Part shown: one piece after another, positions 50,685 through 60,491 of the stretch
How the letters are laid out: every line of letters begins with the position of its first letter
How positions within the stretch are numbered: position 1 is the first letter of the stretch
From: Promethearchaeota archaeon
GTDB taxonomy: Archaea > Asgardarchaeota > Lokiarchaeia > Sigyniarchaeales > SOKP01
Direction of reading: 5' to 3'
DNA length: 64,000 nucleotides
NCBI GenBank assembly: GCA_029838195.1
Contig: JALGVJ010000004.1
Location: 173,476 to 237,475 of the forward strand
Position numbers and translations under genes: made by a program
The notes under the pieces: generated by a model
Database searches by the model: none
The model's input: the letters and a program-made list of their open reading frames with translations, nothing else
Told to the model about the DNA's origin: nothing

Positions 50685-52102
50685 TCCTCCTTTAATAGGT
50701 TATTTGGATTCATTAGTATGGTACACGTGACGTGCGATCCTACTCCAGCATGACTAATTGCTAAGCCTCTTTTTGCATCTTTTACTTGTAAACTTGTCCA
50801 ATCTTTAGGTTTTTGCCTTCCAAATGCTTCCCATTTTTCCCATGGCTCATGAATTTCATCCCAACGATTCCATAATTGATAAGCAATTTCGGCAATTTGC
50901 ATTAACCCCGTCGCACCTACAGCATGCATGCAACCCAATAATCCTCCAGAAAGATTGCTTGGTAATTTTCCGGGTTTTCTCGTGTGTGGATTAATGAGAT
51001 ATGCATCCCCCGATTCAATATACTCAGCTCCATGTCCGTACGGTCGAATGCCAATATCTTCATAAGTTTGAATATCACTAATTGTAAAAGCATCGTGAAG
51101 TTCAATAACATCTAAATCTTCTGTTGGGTCCACGACACCAGCCATCCGATATGCATAATTAGCCGCCATTCGAGCAGCTAAAAACCCCGTAAAACCGGGA
51201 TACCTATCGCCACCGGGAAATTCTTTACCTAAGTTGTCATATTGACCAGGACTTTCATTAGGTAATAATGGTATAGGCATGTTCCTACGATCTCCCACTC
51301 TTAATGTATGGCTTCCTGCTGCAATATAAATCCTTAATGGTTTATCCGTGATTTCATAAGCAGTCTTCTCATCACAGACAATACCGCAAGCGGCTCCGAC
51401 ACTCATGAGGCAACAATCAAGAACTCTTAATGGGTGTGCTACAACGGGTGAATTTTTAACGTCTTCGATAGTAATATCAAGACCTCCATGAGCATGAGGG
51501 TTCATTCGAGCATATCCTCGATTTTTAACTGCAATTTTTGCCATAGTATCCCGAAAGGAAGGATCTTCTTTCGCAAAGATTTTCCAGTAGCGTTGAGCCA
51601 TTACTGCATAATAGCCAGTATAAATATGGCCGAGCGGAGTTTCCCAATCCTTATCTGCCGCGCATGCAATGAGATGATTTCCTTCATCCGTAGGAACTTC
51701 ATCCATTCGTTCCCATCCCATTGCTAAGGCGCAATCGCTATAACCCGAAGCTACAGTTTTGACGGCTTCCCACATTGTAGACCCTCCCGTAGCACCTCCT
51801 GTTTTTACGCCAATATTTCCTAAGGGATCGAGACCTAAACGATCATGAATGACAGCTTCACCTAATAATTGATCGCCAAAATGATCGGCGAAATGACCAT
51901 AATAACACGTATGAATGTATTGTTTTAATTCAGTTGGAGTCATATTAACAAAATTTGCCGCTTCTGTAAAAGCTTGTATGCATAATTCTTCTGTTCGAGT
52001 CGTTGGAAAAGCTCTATCGAACTTTGACATGCCTACAGTGACTAAATAGACGGGGCGCATTAATTTTGGAATTTTTAATTGTTTATCACTAAATTTTATC
52101 AT
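50681..52102 (-). CDS. Thiolase-superfamily protein (SCP2/Ltp2-like, nucleophilic Cys absent)
   Basis: KTGGATGG at the Cys position, NPHAH, ELHDAFT, NLSGGLLGCMHAVGATG. Confidence 0.88.
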   Translation of the reverse strand: MIKFSDKQLKIPKLMRPVYLVTVGMSKFDRAFPTTRTEELCIQAFTEAANFVNMTPTELKQYIHTCYYGHFADHFGDQLLGEAVIHDRLGLDPLGNIGVKTGGATGGSTMWEAVKTVASGYSDCALAMGWERMDEVPTDEGNHLIACAADKDWETPLGHIYTGYYAVMAQRYWKIFAKEDPSFRDTMAKIAVKNRGYARMNPHAHGGLDITIEDVKNSPVVAHPLRVLDCCLMSVGAACGIVCDEKTAYEITDKPLRIYIAAGSHTLRVGDRRNMPIPLLPNESPGQYDNLGKEFPGGDRYPGFTGFLAARMAANYAYRMAGVVDPTEDLDVIELHDAFTISDIQTYEDIGIRPYGHGAEYIESGDAYLINPHTRKPGKLPSNLSGGLLGCMHAVGATGLMQIAEIAYQLWNRWDEIHEPWEKWEAFGRQKPKDWTSLQVKDAKRGLAISHAGVGSHVTCTILMNPNNLLKED

Positions 52103-52422
52103 GATTCATTCATCACTTTTGTATAAATTATAATATTAACTATTAAAAATTTTCTTAATATGATAATGAGAAAGCGAAAAAAAGAAAAAATCTTTAATGT
52201 TTAAGATATCAATTCAAACGGAACAAAATTTAATAAAATTGATAAATTCAGAAGTGAATTATTTGACAAGCTATTCTCATTTTATTTACAAAAAGATTGT
52301 GGAATAAAAAATGGAATTTAATTGAAAAATAAGAAACTTGACATTTAACTTTCTTGAATGATGACATTTAAATATTTTAAAACGATATTAATATTAGAAC
52401 AAAAAAACCATTTTATTCTTTC

Positions 52423-52650
52423 ATGAATTTTATTTGCCCTTCTTGCTTTTCAACGGACTACAGAGAGTCCAAAAAATATTATAAGTGTAAGCATTGTGGA
52501 AAACTCTATGATAAAGACCTATATAAAGAATTCGGAGAAAACGCAATGTCTAGAAAAGAAGCAAGATCTTTGGCAAGAGGGTTAAAAGAAGCTTTTGGAG
52601 ATAACATTCCATGGGAAGAAATTCTTAAAGATTTAGATGAGTTAAAATAA
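52423..52650 (+). CDS. Small Cys4 zinc-finger protein
   Basis: CPSC-x13-CKHCG. Confidence 0.7.
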   Translation: MNFICPSCFSTDYRESKKYYKCKHCGKLYDKDLYKEFGENAMSRKEARSLARGLKEAFGDNIPWEEILKDLDELK

Positions 52651-52672
52651 GGATTTAAAGATTTAAACTTTC

Positions 52673-52807
52673 TCATCTCAAATTATCTCTTATAAAATAC
52701 TCTTCTTCATCTCTTTTAATTTGTTCTCTGATAAGTTCATTTAATCTTTTAATAGAATTTAAGTCTTTTCTAAATCCAACCAAATCAATAAAATTTGATT
52801 TCTTCAA
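52673..52807 (-). CDS. Possible small protein (44 aa, below the ORF-track cutoff)
   Basis: TTG-started frame LKKSNFIDLVGFRKDLNSIKRLNELIREQIKRDEEEYFIRDNLR, convergent on the Zn-finger gene. Confidence 0.3.
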   Translation of the reverse strand: MKKSNFIDLVGFRKDLNSIKRLNELIREQIKRDEEEYFIRDNLR

Positions 52808-53080
52808 TACGTGAGTTATTAATGATTTTTACGGTTAATACAAGAAATTTAGGAATTTTTTTTAAAAATGTGAATGCTGAATCGGTACATCCAGTTGCTC
52901 ATGAATGTCGTCAACAATTTCCGAAAAAAATTAAACTAATCGAAAAGAGCAAGAAACGTAATGGAAATAAAAAGAAATCATTAATACATGCAATAAATTA
53001 TATTTTAATCAATGAATGCGGCGATTTGATATAGAACGCAAAAAAATTTATAAATTTTGAAGAAAAAATTCAACAATTCT

Positions 53081-54508
53081 TCAAGAAATCCTTATTCCTT
53101 TTTCCATCAAAACTTTTTGAACATGAAACATGTTTACATTTCTACTTGTAACTTTTTCTTTAATGGATACAGCAGAAGCAATGCCGGCTGCTTGACCAGT
53201 TATCGCACAACAAACCATTTGTCTCGTGGTGGCGTGGGAAATTTTATCTCCTGCCACGGCTCGCCCAACCACGAGGAGATTTTCAATATTTTTTGGTAAC
53301 ATGATTCTATAAGGAACTTGAAAATATCTTCCCGTAGTGGGCAAAATGAGTCGTCCATAACCATCCATGAATTCAGGGCAAATTCCAATACTATCTGCGA
53401 ATTGGGCTTGATTAGTCACGTCTTGTTCTGTTAATTCATATTCTCCTAATATTTTTCTTGATTCTCTGGTTCCTATTGAAAATCCAAAGTTTTTTAGTCT
53501 TGCTTTTTGGAAGCCGGGGACTCGTTTTCGTAATTTCTTAAGAGCTTGAATAACCCGTTTTCGCCCCTCTATCTCCGCTTTTGTAAGATCTTTAATATCT
53601 GTACAATCAATATTTCCCATGTGGATGCCATTAAAAGAGAAAATTTCTCCTCCTTCAGAATAACTATTCCAAAAATCTTTTACTTTTATGTGAGTCGGAA
53701 CTTTTATTCCTTTTTTCAAATCCTCTAAGGGTTCTAATAGACAAGAGATTTCATCCATGAAAAATAACTCTCCCGTAATTTTTAAACATGATAACAGTCT
53801 TGGTTTTTCTTGGACTTTTTTAATGAACCAAGAAAAAAATTCCTCGATATCCACTCCACTCACGCTAAAATTCAAGGTAATTCCCAACAATTTTTCTCGC
53901 GGATCTTTTCGAAAAGGAGCTCCCGCTTTAAAAGCAATGTCGGCATCCCCTGTAGCATCAATTACTCGCTTGGCTAAAATGACATTTCTGCCCGATTTGC
54001 TCTCAGTAATTACTCCCTTAAGGGTATTTCCATCTTTAAGGACATTCACGGCCATGCTATGTAGTAAAGGAATCACTCTTGCCTCTTCTATCATTCTATC
54101 AGCTAAAATTTTAAACAATTCCGTATTTAACACGGCATGCGTGAACTTGCCATCCTTAATTAATCCTTTTTTCTGAAAATATAACCCCATTTCCGTATTC
54201 ATGAGATTTTTATTGAACTTATTAACCACGGCTCCCATCTCTTCCGCTCTCCGTTCAAACTCCAAATAAATTCCCCCGGCTTCCACTGTTTTTGCAAATC
54301 TATACCAGCCGATCGTGCCTACCATGGATTGCGTGATTGTCCCGCCGAAAAAACCAAATCTCTCCATGAGCAGGACTTTCATGCCCTCTCTTGCTGCTGC
54401 AATTGCCGCAGAAATACCGCTTGGACCTCCACCTACGACTAAAACATCCACATCAGCCAATACCGGTATTTTTTTTACATTATCTTCAATTTCTATCATC
54501 TTTATCAT
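53081..54508 (-). CDS. FAD-dependent oxidoreductase (FAD_oxidored/PF12831-like)
   Basis: VVGGGPSGISAAIAAAR, IDATGDAD, GTRESRKI, QVPYRIMLP..NLLVVGR, GQAAG. Confidence 0.88.
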   Translation of the reverse strand: MIKMIEIEDNVKKIPVLADVDVLVVGGGPSGISAAIAAAREGMKVLLMERFGFFGGTITQSMVGTIGWYRFAKTVEAGGIYLEFERRAEEMGAVVNKFNKNLMNTEMGLYFQKKGLIKDGKFTHAVLNTELFKILADRMIEEARVIPLLHSMAVNVLKDGNTLKGVITESKSGRNVILAKRVIDATGDADIAFKAGAPFRKDPREKLLGITLNFSVSGVDIEEFFSWFIKKVQEKPRLLSCLKITGELFFMDEISCLLEPLEDLKKGIKVPTHIKVKDFWNSYSEGGEIFSFNGIHMGNIDCTDIKDLTKAEIEGRKRVIQALKKLRKRVPGFQKARLKNFGFSIGTRESRKILGEYELTEQDVTNQAQFADSIGICPEFMDGYGRLILPTTGRYFQVPYRIMLPKNIENLLVVGRAVAGDKISHATTRQMVCCAITGQAAGIASAVSIKEKVTSRNVNMFHVQKVLMEKGIRIS

Positions 54509-54853
54509 TTACCTCTAAAAAATGATTCATTTGAATAGAGAAATTCCTCCAATTTCTCATTATTTTTTTTTTTTTTGAAATATCCTAATTTTTTAAAAAT
54601 TTAAATTATACTCCAATTTTCTTATCCATGTTCTATTCCTTTTCTTCAATTAATTTTTAAAACACCTTACTTACTTAAATTAAATTATTTTTTTCCTCCG
54701 ATAAAGATAAAGAAAAATAGATAAATTATCACGTAAAAAAACCAAAAAAATAAAAAAAATTCCTTGCGAACTAAAGTTAACTTCTAATCACTAAAATTTT
54801 TTCCTTTAATTATAAGATGGATTATATCAAGGAAAAAAAAAAAATATTATTTA

Positions 54854-55732
54854 TTATTGTTGCGGTAAATTTAGAATCTTGCGAGTTTCATCGGGAGTAG
54901 CCACTTTTCTCCCGGCTAATTTCGCAACTTTAGCCGCCCATTCTACTTGTTCCCAACTCCCTTTTGCGAGCTCTCCCGTAATCGTTCTTATATTATCCTC
55001 TAATCCAACGCGAATATGACCTCCCATCGGTGCGGCACACATCCCTGCTCGAAATTGGTCCTTTGCTACCCCACACACGCTCCAAGTAGCATCCGGTGGC
55101 ATGAGATTCCGTAAATGAGCTATGTTTTCATACGAAAAAGGGATCCCTCCCAACACGCCAAAAACAAGTTGAAAATGGAGGGGCTGTTCAAAAAGTCCTT
55201 GTTGCTTGTTGAGGAAAAGCATATTATACATCCCACCAAGATCATATATTTCCATCTCAGGTTTAGTCTTAGCTTTTTTGAATTCTTTGGCAAATTTTTC
55301 AATCATTCGAAAATTATTCACGAATACATTAGTATTCCCCATGGTAACTTTTCCGGTTTTATGATCTCCAACGCTAAAGTTCATGCTATTCGTGTTTAAT
55401 GATCCTAATTCTGGTTTGAACTCCTTAATAACCGCAATCCTTTGTTTCTCCGTAGCAACCGTACTTATCGCCGTACTCAGGTTTATCAAAATTTCCGGAG
55501 CTTTTTCCTTTATTACATCTATTACAGCCTTGATTTGCTCTAAATCTGCAGTTGGATTTCCTTTCTCGGGATCTCGGGCATGAATATGCACTATAGATGC
55601 CCCAGCCTCGTAACATTTTTTCGCTTCCTCTCCAAATTCTTCCGGGGTATAGGGAACAGCAGGATTCTGCCTCTTAACAGTTACGGCTCCCGCAAGAGCT
55701 GCGGAGATTACAACTGGTGTCTTTACAACCAT
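54854..55732 (-). CDS. Beta-keto acid cleavage enzyme (BKACE/DUF849, Kce-like), paralog 1
   Basis: NPAVPYTPEE, VHIHARD, KPEMEIYD, HIRVGLEDN. Confidence 0.9.
   Translation of the reverse strand: MVVKTPVVISAALAGAVTVKRQNPAVPYTPEEFGEEAKKCYEAGASIVHIHARDPEKGNPTADLEQIKAVIDVIKEKAPEILINLSTAISTVATEKQRIAVIKEFKPELGSLNTNSMNFSVGDHKTGKVTMGNTNVFVNNFRMIEKFAKEFKKAKTKPEMEIYDLGGMYNMLFLNKQQGLFEQPLHFQLVFGVLGGIPFSYENIAHLRNLMPPDATWSVCGVAKDQFRAGMCAAPMGGHIRVGLEDNIRTITGELAKGSWEQVEWAAKVAKLAGRKVATPDETRKILNLPQQ
55169..55222. repeat. 54-bp exact direct repeat, copy 1 (copy 2 at 56216-56269), inside the BKACE paralogs
   Basis: ttgaaaatggaggggctgttcaaaaagtccttgttgcttgttgaggaaaagcat read identically at both positions. Confidence 0.85.
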
Positions 55733-55888
55733 TTTACTTTCCCTTTTTAATATTATTCTTGATATTTTTGCATTATAAAAGTAGAATCTTTTAAATAAAA
55801 ATTTTATAAAATGGTCAGAAAAAAGAATTAAAATAAAATAAAAAAATTTAATTGAATATTGACATGGAATTTTCTTAACTGTTCCTTC

Positions 55889-56785
55889 TTAAAGTTCCAC
55901 ATCCTCTCTTAGGAGATTTAATGCTTTTCTTGCTTCCTCTCCTTGTACAACCTTGCGACCTGCTATCTCGGCCACTTTCTTTGCCCATCGTACTTGCTCC
56001 CATGACCCTTTTGCTAATTCTCCGGTAATGGTTCGAATATTATCCTCTAGCCCTACTCGAATGTGTCCACCAAGAGCGGCGGCACATAAAGCTGCTTGAA
56101 ATTGAGCCTTTGCGACTCCACACACGCTCCACGTGGCATTTTCCGGTAAAAGTTCAAGAATATGTGCGAGGTTCAAGGGCGTAAATGGAATTCCTCCAAG
56201 CACTCCCCACACTAATTGAAAATGGAGGGGCTGTTCAAAAAGTCCTTGTTGCTTGTTGAGGAAAAGCATGTTGTAAAGCCCGCCAAAATCATAAATCTCC
56301 ATTTCAGGCTTTGTCTTAGCCTTTTTCATTTTCTTGGCAAATTTCTGAATCGTGGAGAAGGTATTTTTAAATACATTATCGGGAGCGAGTACCACTTCAC
56401 CGGTTTTCCAATTTCCCACGGAAAAATTCATGGAATTCGTGTTTAAAGAGGCTAAGGGAGGTTTGAACCTTGCCACGGGAGCTATTCTTTGTTTAGGCGT
56501 AGAAAGCGCCGATATTGCGGTGGATAAATTAATAATTATATCGGGAGCTTTTTCTTTAATGGCTTTGATTACCGATCCAATAATCTCTAAATCATGAGTA
56601 GGCACGCCATTTTTATTTGGGTCTCGGGCATGGATATGAACAATTGCGGCGCCTTCATCATAACATTTTTTTGCTTCTTCGGCAAATTCTTCAGGAGTAT
56701 AAGGAACTGCGGGATTTTGATTTTTCATCGTGACAGCGCCAGCGAGTGCTGCCGAGATCACGAGAGGTTTTCCAGATTCCGACAT
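55889..56785 (-). CDS. Beta-keto acid cleavage enzyme (BKACE/DUF849, Kce-like), paralog 2
   Basis: Same motifs as the neighbour: VHIHARD, KPEMEIYD, HIRVGLEDN. Confidence 0.9.
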   Translation of the reverse strand: MSESGKPLVISAALAGAVTMKNQNPAVPYTPEEFAEEAKKCYDEGAAIVHIHARDPNKNGVPTHDLEIIGSVIKAIKEKAPDIIINLSTAISALSTPKQRIAPVARFKPPLASLNTNSMNFSVGNWKTGEVVLAPDNVFKNTFSTIQKFAKKMKKAKTKPEMEIYDFGGLYNMLFLNKQQGLFEQPLHFQLVWGVLGGIPFTPLNLAHILELLPENATWSVCGVAKAQFQAALCAAALGGHIRVGLEDNIRTITGELAKGSWEQVRWAKKVAEIAGRKVVQGEEARKALNLLREDVEL

Positions 56786-57122
56786 TTTAAAATTTCACTT
56801 CCTTTTTTTATTTTTGTTTTTACATATCAGAATTAATTTCAATTAAAACATTAATAATTAATTAAAATATTGTATTATCTCTTATTTAAACTTTAAAAAT
56901 TCAAATTTACATTGAATGAAATGACATTTTAAGAAAATTAAGAGGTATATTTTGGATAATGCTTCCTGACTCTAAGTGTTGTATTTTAGAACATGGAACG
57001 AGAGTAATGATTAGTTTCAGAAAAAATGATAGTGAGAGCGAGAGGAAAAAATCATTAAGGAGAAAAAAATTTAAAAGAAAATGGTTCATGATTATTTAAA
57101 AAATTAAGAAAGAAAGAATAAC

Positions 57123-57434
57123 ATGAAAAAAAAAGATAAATTTAGGATCATGAGCATGATTTTTTTCTGGACTGGTATATTATTTTTGACATGCTCATTG
57201 ATGTTTTTTTTAAACGTTATTCGGATGCCATTATTTGAGATTTGCGGGAGTCCTTGTGAATATTGGTGGAGTTGGGTAATAGATTATCCTCCACGAGACA
57301 TTTGCATATTGATTTGTCGACCTAGAAATGGTTTATATAAACCCTTTTTCCTCTTGGGACTAGTATTTTTAGCATTAGCTTTAACCCTACGAGTGGTTTT
57401 TGAAAAGAAAAAAAAACAATGGAATAAATTTTAA
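57123..57434 (+). CDS. Small two-TM protein with Cys-rich loop
   Basis: Basic termini; two hydrophobic helices flanking CGSPC...CILIC. Confidence 0.65.
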   Translation: MKKKDKFRIMSMIFFWTGILFLTCSLMFFLNVIRMPLFEICGSPCEYWWSWVIDYPPRDICILICRPRNGLYKPFFLLGLVFLALALTLRVVFEKKKKQWNKF

Positions 57435-57563
57435 ATTCTTTAACATGGTGAAAATATTTAATTCTCATTTAGGAATCCTTGTTTAATATATTGAAAAGAT
57501 GGTTCACGCAGTCATAGAAATGTGCAACTTTAATACGCATATGTCCATGGAAAAAAGAAGAGT

Positions 57564-58616
57564 TCATTTGAACATGGCTTTTAAAATAATTCCAATCTTT
57601 TTTATCGCAAGGTGGATATCCTCTTTTGTAATGCCATAATGCGTGACAAATCGAACCCGATGTTTATCGATGTTAAAGGCCAATACACCTTCTTTCCGGA
57701 TTCCACCAATGAATTTACTCACCCGCACCTTTTCCGGAAACGTAATGATCAAGATGTTAGTTTCGGGCTCCGGGATGGATATGGGAAAATCAAATTGTCT
57801 TAAACCCTCCGCAAGTAGTTTAGCATGATAATGATCTTCTTTCAACCGTTGTATCCATTCTTGTTCAAGAGCGACTAACCCAAAAGAAGCAATGATTCCC
57901 GCTTGTCTCATGCCTCCCCCGACCATTTTACGAAATTTTCTTGCTTTTAAAATGAATTGTTTAGAACCTGCCACGATGGAGCCAACGGGGCATGAGAGCC
58001 CTTTAGAGAGACAAAACATGATACTATCCACGTGTTTTGTAAATTCGGTAACAGGAAGGCCCAAGGCGACCGCAGCATTAAAAATTCGAGCGCCATCGAG
58101 ATGTAACTTGAGATTATTACGTTCCGTAAATTTCTTCATGTTTGCGAGATGGGAAGGTTTAATTACCGTTCCTCCATAATAATTATGAGTGTTTTCGGTA
58201 CAGAAAAGCGTGATGGGATGTTCATTAGTATCTTCATTATTTTGCGTTATTTCTTGTAAATGCTCGAAGGAGGGTACGCCTTTATTCGAAGGATACGTGC
58301 GAATCATCAACCCTCCTATTCGAGTAGCACTTTCTACTTCATTCATGTAAAGATGGCTGAGCTCCTCTACTAAAATTTGATCCCCAGGATGGGTGTGAGA
58401 AAGCAAGGAAACAAGGTTACCTTGAGTTCCTGAAGTGACATACAGCGCAGCTTCTTTTCCAATTATTTTGGCAGCTTTTTCTTCCAATTCATTAATGGTA
58501 GGATCTTCACCAAGCACGTCATCACCGATTTTTGAATTATCGAGGGAGCGCAACATGTTCCACATGGCAGGAGACGGTTTCGTGACGGTATCTGACCGGA
58601 GATCAATCACGTTCAT
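57564..58616 (-). CDS. ltaE: Low-specificity L-threonine aldolase
   Basis: IDLRSDTVT, GDDVLGEDP, SGTQGN, ENTHN, LHLDGARIFNA, CLSKGL (PLP Lys), GGGMRQAG. Confidence 0.92.
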   Translation of the reverse strand: MNVIDLRSDTVTKPSPAMWNMLRSLDNSKIGDDVLGEDPTINELEEKAAKIIGKEAALYVTSGTQGNLVSLLSHTHPGDQILVEELSHLYMNEVESATRIGGLMIRTYPSNKGVPSFEHLQEITQNNEDTNEHPITLFCTENTHNYYGGTVIKPSHLANMKKFTERNNLKLHLDGARIFNAAVALGLPVTEFTKHVDSIMFCLSKGLSCPVGSIVAGSKQFILKARKFRKMVGGGMRQAGIIASFGLVALEQEWIQRLKEDHYHAKLLAEGLRQFDFPISIPEPETNILIITFPEKVRVSKFIGGIRKEGVLAFNIDKHRVRFVTHYGITKEDIHLAIKKIGIILKAMFK

Positions 58617-58746
58617 GGTAAATTATCTCGCATTAGTAAGATAATCTAAATAATTAAGAACCATTTAATAAAATAATTATTCTTAGAATTGTTAATGCAT
58701 TTAAAAAGGCACTAATAGGAAAAGCTAAACAAGAAAGGGAAATATC

Positions 58747-60312
58747 ATGAAATTCATTCCAAATATCATCCCAGAACCCGTCCAAATCAAACATGGGAAA
58801 GGTACTTTTAAAATGGATGAAAATCACGTGATTTTCACGGAGGGCCTTTTTAAGGAGGAGGCCCAATTTCTGAAAGATTTATTAATTAAAAATTTCAACC
58901 TTAACCTTTCTATTGAAATGGTTAACGAGCTCAGCAAGCCTAATAATGGTATTAATTTATCTTCCATAGATTTTCCTCAAGAAATGCCCGAAGAAGGATA
59001 TGAATTAGAAATCACGTCCGAATACATCATGATAAAGGCAAGAACGCCGGCAGGTGGCTTCCATGGCATTCAAACTTTAAGACAATTAATTCCAATCATT
59101 TCTAACGAGAGTCTCACGAAGGCATCATGTAATTTTGATATTCCATGTGTTGAAATCCTTGATTATCCCCGCTTTAAATGGAGAGGTTTCCTGTTGGATG
59201 AAGCGAGGCATTTTTTCGGAGGTTCTACGGTTAAAAAAATGTTGAACCTAATGAGCTTATTGAAATTAAATAAATTTCATTGGCATCTTACTGATGATCA
59301 AGGATGGAGAATTGAGATTAAAAAATATCCCCTCTTAACAAAAATAGGTTCAAAAAGAAAAAGGAAAAAATTGCATTCGGGTCGAAGAAAGCCCAGAAAA
59401 GAGCAGTTCTCGGAGGAATATTCGGGTTTCTATACAAAAAGTGAGATTAAAGAAATAATTGAACACGCAAGAAAACGCCACATTACCATAATTCCTGAAA
59501 TTGACGTGCCGGGCCACGTTTCAGCTCTTCTTGCAGCCTATCCGCAGTATTGCTGTGAGTGGAAAAAAAAGCAGTTTGAAGTCAGCACGCAATATGCCAT
59601 CCATGAAGATGTGTTATGTGCAGGAAAAAAAGAAACTTACCACTTCCTTCACGATATTTTGAATGAAATCATAGAATTATTTCCTTCAAAAATAATCCAC
59701 ATTGGAGGAGATGAGGTGCCAAAAATACAATGGCAACAATGCTCGGAGTGTCAAGCTCTCATGAAAAAAGAAAAGCTAAATAATGAAGAAGAACTACAAG
59801 TATGGTTTACCAATGAAATTTCTAATTATCTAAACGATCACGAGCGCATTCCCATGGGTTGGAATGAAATTTTAAATAAGAAGTTAGTAGAATCGGCAAT
59901 TTGTCAATACTGGACTCCAAATTTAGACGTACTCCTTCAGCATGTTAAAAAAGGCCGTGTCGTGGTCATGTCTGAATTTGAATACGTCTATTTAAATTAT
60001 GGTTATAAGTTTAATCCACTGGATAAAGTGTATCAATATGATCCTATTCCTAAAGGGTTAGAATACTCTTTTCATGAACAAATCTTGGGAATTGAGGCAT
60101 GCTTGTGGACTGAATTTATTCCGGATCAAAATGCCCTTGAATGGTACACCTTTCCTCGCCTAATCGCCGTGGCGGAAACTGGTTGGACTATCGAAAAAAA
60201 TAAGAATTTTGAACACTTCATGGAAAAACTGCCCGCATTTTTAAAAATTTTAGAACAACATGACGTTCGCTTACCAGAAAAAGAAGAATACATGAAAGGT
60301 ATGAAAATTTAA
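58747..60312 (+). CDS. Beta-N-acetylhexosaminidase (GH20)
   Basis: DYPRFKWRG.LLDEARHF, FHWHLTDDQGWR, PEIDVPGH, HIGGDE, ACLWTE. Confidence 0.95.
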   Translation: MKFIPNIIPEPVQIKHGKGTFKMDENHVIFTEGLFKEEAQFLKDLLIKNFNLNLSIEMVNELSKPNNGINLSSIDFPQEMPEEGYELEITSEYIMIKARTPAGGFHGIQTLRQLIPIISNESLTKASCNFDIPCVEILDYPRFKWRGFLLDEARHFFGGSTVKKMLNLMSLLKLNKFHWHLTDDQGWRIEIKKYPLLTKIGSKRKRKKLHSGRRKPRKEQFSEEYSGFYTKSEIKEIIEHARKRHITIIPEIDVPGHVSALLAAYPQYCCEWKKKQFEVSTQYAIHEDVLCAGKKETYHFLHDILNEIIELFPSKIIHIGGDEVPKIQWQQCSECQALMKKEKLNNEEELQVWFTNEISNYLNDHERIPMGWNEILNKKLVESAICQYWTPNLDVLLQHVKKGRVVVMSEFEYVYLNYGYKFNPLDKVYQYDPIPKGLEYSFHEQILGIEACLWTEFIPDQNALEWYTFPRLIAVAETGWTIEKNKNFEHFMEKLPAFLKILEQHDVRLPEKEEYMKGMKI

Positions 60313-60491
60313 TCTTCAATCCCTCCTCATCGCCTTGAAAAAAAATATCCTTGATATATATATTCAATAACTTCTTATTTGATAGTGACTCCATTAATTT
60401 AAAAAAAAATTAAATCAATTTAAAAATCTGAAATCATGTTTTTATTTCTAAAAATTTTGTACACTTTAAAAAAAAATGGTGAAAATGTAAA

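Noticed and set aside
52795-53299. Plus-strand ORFs of 79 and 80 aa
   Set aside because: TTG starts, no motifs; the second overlaps the FAD oxidoreductase on the antisense strand.
56907-57089. Minus-strand 60-aa ORF
   Set aside because: Phe/Leu-rich product of A-rich intergenic sequence; not credible as a gene.
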